DNA of 64,000 nucleotides. It comes from Spirochaetia bacterium. GTDB taxonomy: Bacteria > Spirochaetota > Spirochaetia > DSM-2461. Each line of letters starts with the position of its first letter. Positions within the stretch are counted from its first letter, which is position 1. The notes beneath the pieces are model-generated. The model had not been told where the DNA came from. It saw only the letters and a program-made list of their open reading frames with translations, and ran no database searches. Location: NCBI GenBank assembly GCA_963668315.1, contig OY764216.1:1184001-1248000 (forward strand), read 5' to 3'. Shown piece after piece: positions 59,768-64,000 of this stretch. The position numbers and the translations under genes are program-made.

Positions 59768-60802
59768 ATGTCAGACAAGATGGCCCTGTCAGAAGCGGGC
59801 TTTATTATGAGGTATGCGGGGAATCCTATCCTTTCCCGGGAGGATATTCCCTACGAGGCGGATCTTGTGTTTAACGCGGGAATCGCAAAGTTCAATGGAA
59901 AATATATCATGGTATTCAGGAATGACTATCATATGAAGGATGAAGCGCTCCCTATGCCCTCTACCAATCTGGGGCTTGCGGTGAGCGATGACGGATTAAA
60001 CTGGGTTCCCGATGCGGAGCCCATGGTTACCCTGGAACGGGCACGGGAACTGGGGGGCAGCCTCTACTCCAACCGGGATGCCCGGGAGATAAGTAGATTT
60101 TACGATCCCCGTCTCACCGTCATAGACGGGAGGTGTTACCTCTGTTTTGCCGTGGATACACCCCACGGAGTTCGGGGAGGCATTGCCGTGACAGATGACC
60201 TTAAGGAGTTCGAGATACTAACCCTGACTGTCCCGGATAACAGAAATATGGTTCTTTTCCCCGAGAAAATCGGCGGCTATTACTACCGCCTTGAGCGTCC
60301 CTTTCCCATCTACGGGCGCAGCGAGCCGGAAGCTTTTGACGTTTGGATATCCCGGAGTCCCGATATGGTTCACTGGGGTGCTTCGGACCTTGTGCTGGGG
60401 GTGGAGGATGTTCCCTTCTCCGACCGGAAAATTGGCCCGGGGGCTCCCCCTGTGAAGACGGAAAAGGGGTGGTTAACCGCTTTTCATGCGGTGGACTACG
60501 ACGAGGACCGGGGTAAGAAGGGTTGGGAGAAAGCCTGGAAGAAGCGGTATACAATCGGACTGATGCTGCTGGATCTTGAAGATCCGTCCAGAGTGCTCAA
60601 GGTTGCGAAAACTCCTCTTATGATTCCCCGGGCCGATTATGAAGTGAGCGGGGGATTCAGGAATGACGTTCTCTTTCCCGGCGGACTGATCCTGGAAGAT
60701 TCGGGGGAGGTGAAGCTCTACTATGGAGCCGCCGACACAGTAGAGTGCCTGGCTACGGCCACTCTAAATGAACTACTGACTTTCTTGGATAATGAAGGAT
60801 AA
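59768..60802 (+). CDS. Glycoside hydrolase family 130 (beta-mannoside phosphorylase type)
   Basis: NPIL, VFNAG, YDPR, NRNMVLFPEKIGG, KIGPGAPP, FHAV, YYGAADT. Confidence 0.88.
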   Translation: MSDKMALSEAGFIMRYAGNPILSREDIPYEADLVFNAGIAKFNGKYIMVFRNDYHMKDEALPMPSTNLGLAVSDDGLNWVPDAEPMVTLERARELGGSLYSNRDAREISRFYDPRLTVIDGRCYLCFAVDTPHGVRGGIAVTDDLKEFEILTLTVPDNRNMVLFPEKIGGYYYRLERPFPIYGRSEPEAFDVWISRSPDMVHWGASDLVLGVEDVPFSDRKIGPGAPPVKTEKGWLTAFHAVDYDEDRGKKGWEKAWKKRYTIGLMLLDLEDPSRVLKVAKTPLMIPRADYEVSGGFRNDVLFPGGLILEDSGEVKLYYGAADTVECLATATLNELLTFLDNEG

Positions 60803-62102
60803 TTCCCCTATGAAAAATACTGAAGACGTAATCGTGGCCGGAGCTGGTCCGGCCGGAATAGCCGCCGCCCTGGCGGCAGCGAGAAAGGGGGCCGATGTGC
60901 TCCTGGTCGAATCATACGGCTTTGCCGGAGGAATGGCCACCCAAGCCGTAGTACCCGCCCTGTCCCCCTATTCGGACGGAGACACGGTACTTGTAAGGGG
61001 AATCGCCCTGGAAATCAGGAATGCCATGGTGGAACTCTGCCCGGAGCTGGAGGAGAATCTGAAAAACTGGCAGCCCGTTGATCCGGAAATCTTCAAAATC
61101 GTACTGGACCGCAAGCTGAAGGAGAGCGGCGTCAGAACTCTTTTTCACAGTCATATCACCGGTGTGGAGAGGGAGGGAGCCGAGATCCTGAACCTGAGAG
61201 TCTCCTCCCGGCTGGGGGAAAGAAAAATCACCGCCCGCCGCTATATTGACTGTACGGGAGATGCGTCCCTGGTTGCCTGGAGCGGAGGTGAATTTCTGCT
61301 TGGCGACGGGGAGAACCGGGTTCAGGCTCTGACACTCTGCTTCCGTCTGGCCAATGTGGACTTAGAAGCCTTCAGGGCTTACAAAGAGGAGAGCGGTGAT
61401 GGGGGAAATTTGCTCAAAGCGGTTGAAAGAGCCCGGGGTAAGGGGGATTTCCCCTTTTCCGAAAGCAAGGTCTGTGCCGCTATCATCCAGCGGGATGGAA
61501 CGGTCGGTATGAACTTCGGCCATTCCTACAATGTGAATCCCCTGGATCCGGAACAGCTTACCCGTGCCGAAATGGAATCGCGCCGACAGATCTATCCTCT
61601 TACGGAATTCATGAGAAGGTACGTTCCCGGATTTTCACGTGCCATTGTCATCTCATCCGGGCCAGTCATAGGAATACGTGAAACCCGGCGGATCGTGGGG
61701 GAATCCTGTATAACCGCGGAGGATTATCAGAACAGGGCCTATCCCTCCGATTCCATTGGAATCAGTAACTATCCTCTGGATGTTCACAGTTCCAATCCGG
61801 CACAGAGGGAGAAACAGGAGAACGCCTATCAGGCATCCCGGTACGGAAAGGGGGAGTTCTACGGGATCCCCTACAGGACCCTTTTGCCCAAGGGGTACGA
61901 CAACCTCATTGTGGCGGGTCGATCCCTTTCCTCGGACCGGTTGATTAATGGTTCCTGTCGGCTTATGAATACCTGCATGGCCATGGGACAAGCCGCTGGT
62001 ACGGCTGCCGTTTTGAGCTTGAAGGAAGATTGTGCTATGAGAGTTCTGGACCGAGGACTATTAGTTGCTACGCTCAGAGTGGACGGACAGTATCTACCGT
62101 GA
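60792..62102 (+). CDS. FAD-dependent oxidoreductase (FAD_oxidored family)
   Basis: VAGAGPAGIAAA, IDCTGDA, GIRETRRIVG, IPYRTL, NLIVAGR, MGQAAGTAA. Confidence 0.9.
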   Translation: MKDNSPMKNTEDVIVAGAGPAGIAAALAAARKGADVLLVESYGFAGGMATQAVVPALSPYSDGDTVLVRGIALEIRNAMVELCPELEENLKNWQPVDPEIFKIVLDRKLKESGVRTLFHSHITGVEREGAEILNLRVSSRLGERKITARRYIDCTGDASLVAWSGGEFLLGDGENRVQALTLCFRLANVDLEAFRAYKEESGDGGNLLKAVERARGKGDFPFSESKVCAAIIQRDGTVGMNFGHSYNVNPLDPEQLTRAEMESRRQIYPLTEFMRRYVPGFSRAIVISSGPVIGIRETRRIVGESCITAEDYQNRAYPSDSIGISNYPLDVHSSNPAQREKQENAYQASRYGKGEFYGIPYRTLLPKGYDNLIVAGRSLSSDRLINGSCRLMNTCMAMGQAAGTAAVLSLKEDCAMRVLDRGLLVATLRVDGQYLP

Positions 62103-62107
62103 AGGCG

Positions 62108-62241
62108 TTCCGGTCGGACGTTTAGTTAATGAGGGCTGCCGGAAGGCGGCCTTTTTTGTTTATAACCTGTCCTATGGGGATCGAACCATACTGTACTAGA
62201 TGCGCAGCGCTGAAGAACATCGGCCCCTGTCTGGAAACAGC
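62108..62241 (+). repeat. Repeat copy 2: degenerate tRNA-Gly 3' end, terminator and inverted tRNA fragment
   Basis: TTCCGGTCGGACGTTTA versus tRNA TTCCCATCGGACGCTTA; hairpin GGGCTGCC-GGAA-GGCGGCC-T6; ATGGGGATCGAACCAT identical to copy 1. Confidence 0.85.
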
Positions 62242-62371
62242 ATTCAGACGTCCTCGGGTTCTCGCCCTGGCCGCCGTTGGAATAAAACATCAGATTTGTC
62301 TCCATAAAAGGGGAAAATTGAGGTTTTTTGCGGAAAATTGAATATTTACAGGCACTTTTGGTGGAGGGATA

Positions 62372-63337
62372 ATGGATTATCAATTCCCAAGGAGCCCAAA
62401 AAAGGTGTCACAGAAGCATCATATTTCACTGTTGTCCCCAGGGACTGCTAAGAAGATAAGGAAGAGCCGATACCTCTATGCCATTCTTCTTCTTCCCTTT
62501 ATCTACTACATACTTTTTCACTATTTGCCCATTTACGGGGTTATCGTCGCCTTTAAGGATTACAATATCGTAAAGGGGATTCTCAAGAGCCCCTGGGTCG
62601 GCTTGAAATGGTTCGAAAAATTCGTAGCCGAACCCTACTTCTGGAAGGTGCTCAGGAATACTTTTCTCATGAGCATCTACAATATCCTGTGGGGGTTTCC
62701 CATCCCCATCCTTTTAGCGGTTCTCCTCAATGAGGTAAGGGAAGAGAAGTTCAAGAGGATTATTCAGTCCATCACCTATCTTCCCCATTTCATCTCCACC
62801 GTAGTCGTGTGCGGTATGCTGGTGAATCTCCTCTCTACGGAGGGGCTGTTCAATCAGGTGCGGGGCTTTTTCGGAGCCGATCCGGAACAGTTCCTCATGT
62901 ATCCCCAATATTTCCGGACTATTTACGTCTCCTCCGGAGTCTGGCAGACCGCCGGGTGGACGTCCATCATTTATCTGGCGGCCCTGACCGGCATAGACCA
63001 GGAGATTCTCGACGCGGCCACCATAGACGGGGCCAACCGGGTCCAGCGGATACGGCACGTGACTATCCCCGCCATCACCCCGGTCATCTCCACCATGCTC
63101 ATCATGAACCTGGGAAAGATGCTGAATCTGGGATACGAGAAGGTGCTGCTCCTCTATAACGGCTCCACTTACGAGACCGCCGATATCATATCGACCTATG
63201 TGTATCGCCGGGGAATCCTGGGGAACAGCTTCAGCTACGCCACGGCGGTGGGGCTTTTCCAGTCGGTCATCGGGGTGATCATACTGGTCATAGCCAACAA
63301 GGTTTCCAAGCGGATCAGCGAAACCGGTCTCTGGTAG
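62372..63337 (+). CDS. Carbohydrate ABC transporter permease (LplB/YteP-like)
   Basis: YLPIYG, YLPHFIS, YLAALTGIDQE. Confidence 0.93.
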   Translation: MDYQFPRSPKKVSQKHHISLLSPGTAKKIRKSRYLYAILLLPFIYYILFHYLPIYGVIVAFKDYNIVKGILKSPWVGLKWFEKFVAEPYFWKVLRNTFLMSIYNILWGFPIPILLAVLLNEVREEKFKRIIQSITYLPHFISTVVVCGMLVNLLSTEGLFNQVRGFFGADPEQFLMYPQYFRTIYVSSGVWQTAGWTSIIYLAALTGIDQEILDAATIDGANRVQRIRHVTIPAITPVISTMLIMNLGKMLNLGYEKVLLLYNGSTYETADIISTYVYRRGILGNSFSYATAVGLFQSVIGVIILVIANKVSKRISETGLW

Positions 63338-63350
63338 GAAGGATTTAAAC

Positions 63351-64000
63351 ATGAAAATTAAAACCAATACATTCGATCTGATTAATACGCTGGTGCTCGT
63401 TTTCTTCGGTTTTCTGACCCTGTACCCCATGTGGTACATCCTGGTTGTTTCCCTGAGCAGCGCCGAACACATTAACATGGGAAATGTTTCATTCTGGCCC
63501 CGGGGTTTCAATATCGATGCCTACAAGATCGTCTTTTCCAATGAGAAGATCTGGCGTTCCTACTTCAATACGGTCCTCTATACCACGGTGGGAACTTTCA
63601 TCAACGTGATCATGACCGCCCTGTGCGCCTATCCCCTTTCCCGGGACGATATGTACGGCAACAAGGGAATTACCATTTTTTTCACCCTTACCATGTTTGT
63701 TTCCGGCGGCATGATTCCCCTCTATCTGGTCATCATGAAACTGCACCTGATCAACACCATGTGGGCTATCGTCCTGCCCCCGGCCATAAGTACCTACAAC
63801 ATGATCGTCATGAGGGCCTCTTTTTACGGGATCCCCAAATCGCTCACCGAATCGGCCTATCTCGACGGGGCCAACGACATACGGATTCTCAGGCAGATCA
63901 TCATGCCCCTGTCCAAACCCATTCTGGCCACCATGACCCTTTTTTACGCCGTTTCCCACTGGAACAGCTTCTTTCCCCCCATGCTCTATCTTAATGAACA
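63351..64000 (+). CDS. Carbohydrate ABC transporter permease (LplC/YtcP-like), runs off the window end
   Basis: Manual translation MKIKTNTFDLINTLVLVFFGFLTLYPMWYILVVSLS...AYPLSR...FVSGGMIPLY...SLTESAYLDGA. Confidence 0.9.
   Translation, partial: MKIKTNTFDLINTLVLVFFGFLTLYPMWYILVVSLSSAEHINMGNVSFWPRGFNIDAYKIVFSNEKIWRSYFNTVLYTTVGTFINVIMTALCAYPLSRDDMYGNKGITIFFTLTMFVSGGMIPLYLVIMKLHLINTMWAIVLPPAISTYNMIVMRASFYGIPKSLTESAYLDGANDIRILRQIIMPLSKPILATMTLFYAVSHWNSFFPPMLYLNE

Larger units (their letters stand above)
51586..62107. mobile_element. Putative tRNA-Gly-anchored genomic islet (~10.5 kb, no integrase)
   Basis: Bounded by diverged direct repeats that include the tRNA 3' end. Its cargo is a self-contained glycan-utilisation locus, and the first gene is lower in GC. 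Confidence 0.6.

Noticed and set aside
62108..62190. Second tRNA gene
   Set aside because: Only a degenerate 3' fragment and an inverted T-arm fragment are present; no cloverleaf on either strand.

Overview
A gene-dense 64 kb stretch of bacterial chromosome. It is most likely from a free-living sugar-fermenting spirochaete (Spirochaetales); this is inferred from the 'xANGxxE'-type N-termini of the solute-binding proteins, a Cache-domain MCP and a BMP nucleoside ABC system. Carbohydrate uptake and catabolism dominate. There are two inositol-type clusters, each with a LacI regulator (1-5.1 kb and 21.3-26.3 kb), and an adjacent operon of transaldolase-family protein, CoA-acylating aldehyde dehydrogenase and carboxyltransferase (5.5-9.6 kb). 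Also present are a GH2 beta-galactosidase with AraC, an ECF transporter, a nucleoside ABC transporter, three tandem AIM24 genes with an HDAC-family deacetylase, and tRNA-Gly(CCC). Downstream of the tRNA lies a ~10.5 kb glycan-utilisation cassette (heparinase II/III-like lyase, Cache-AraC, ABC, GH130, FAD oxidoreductase), bounded by diverged direct repeats of the tRNA 3' end plus its trailer. The best candidates for something undescribed are: (1) a possible kinase-free lower inositol pathway running transaldolase -> malonate semialdehyde -> malonyl-CoA -> carboxyltransferase, supported by an operator-like motif shared with the inositol ABC promoter; (2) an integrase-less tRNA-Gly islet whose repeat unit carries an inverted (antisense) copy of the tRNA 3' end; and (3) a low-GC four-helix-bundle gene enclosed by complementary heptamer tandem repeats. 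No CRISPR array, transposase, integrase or rRNA was seen. All functional calls come from motif recognition by eye; no searches were run.
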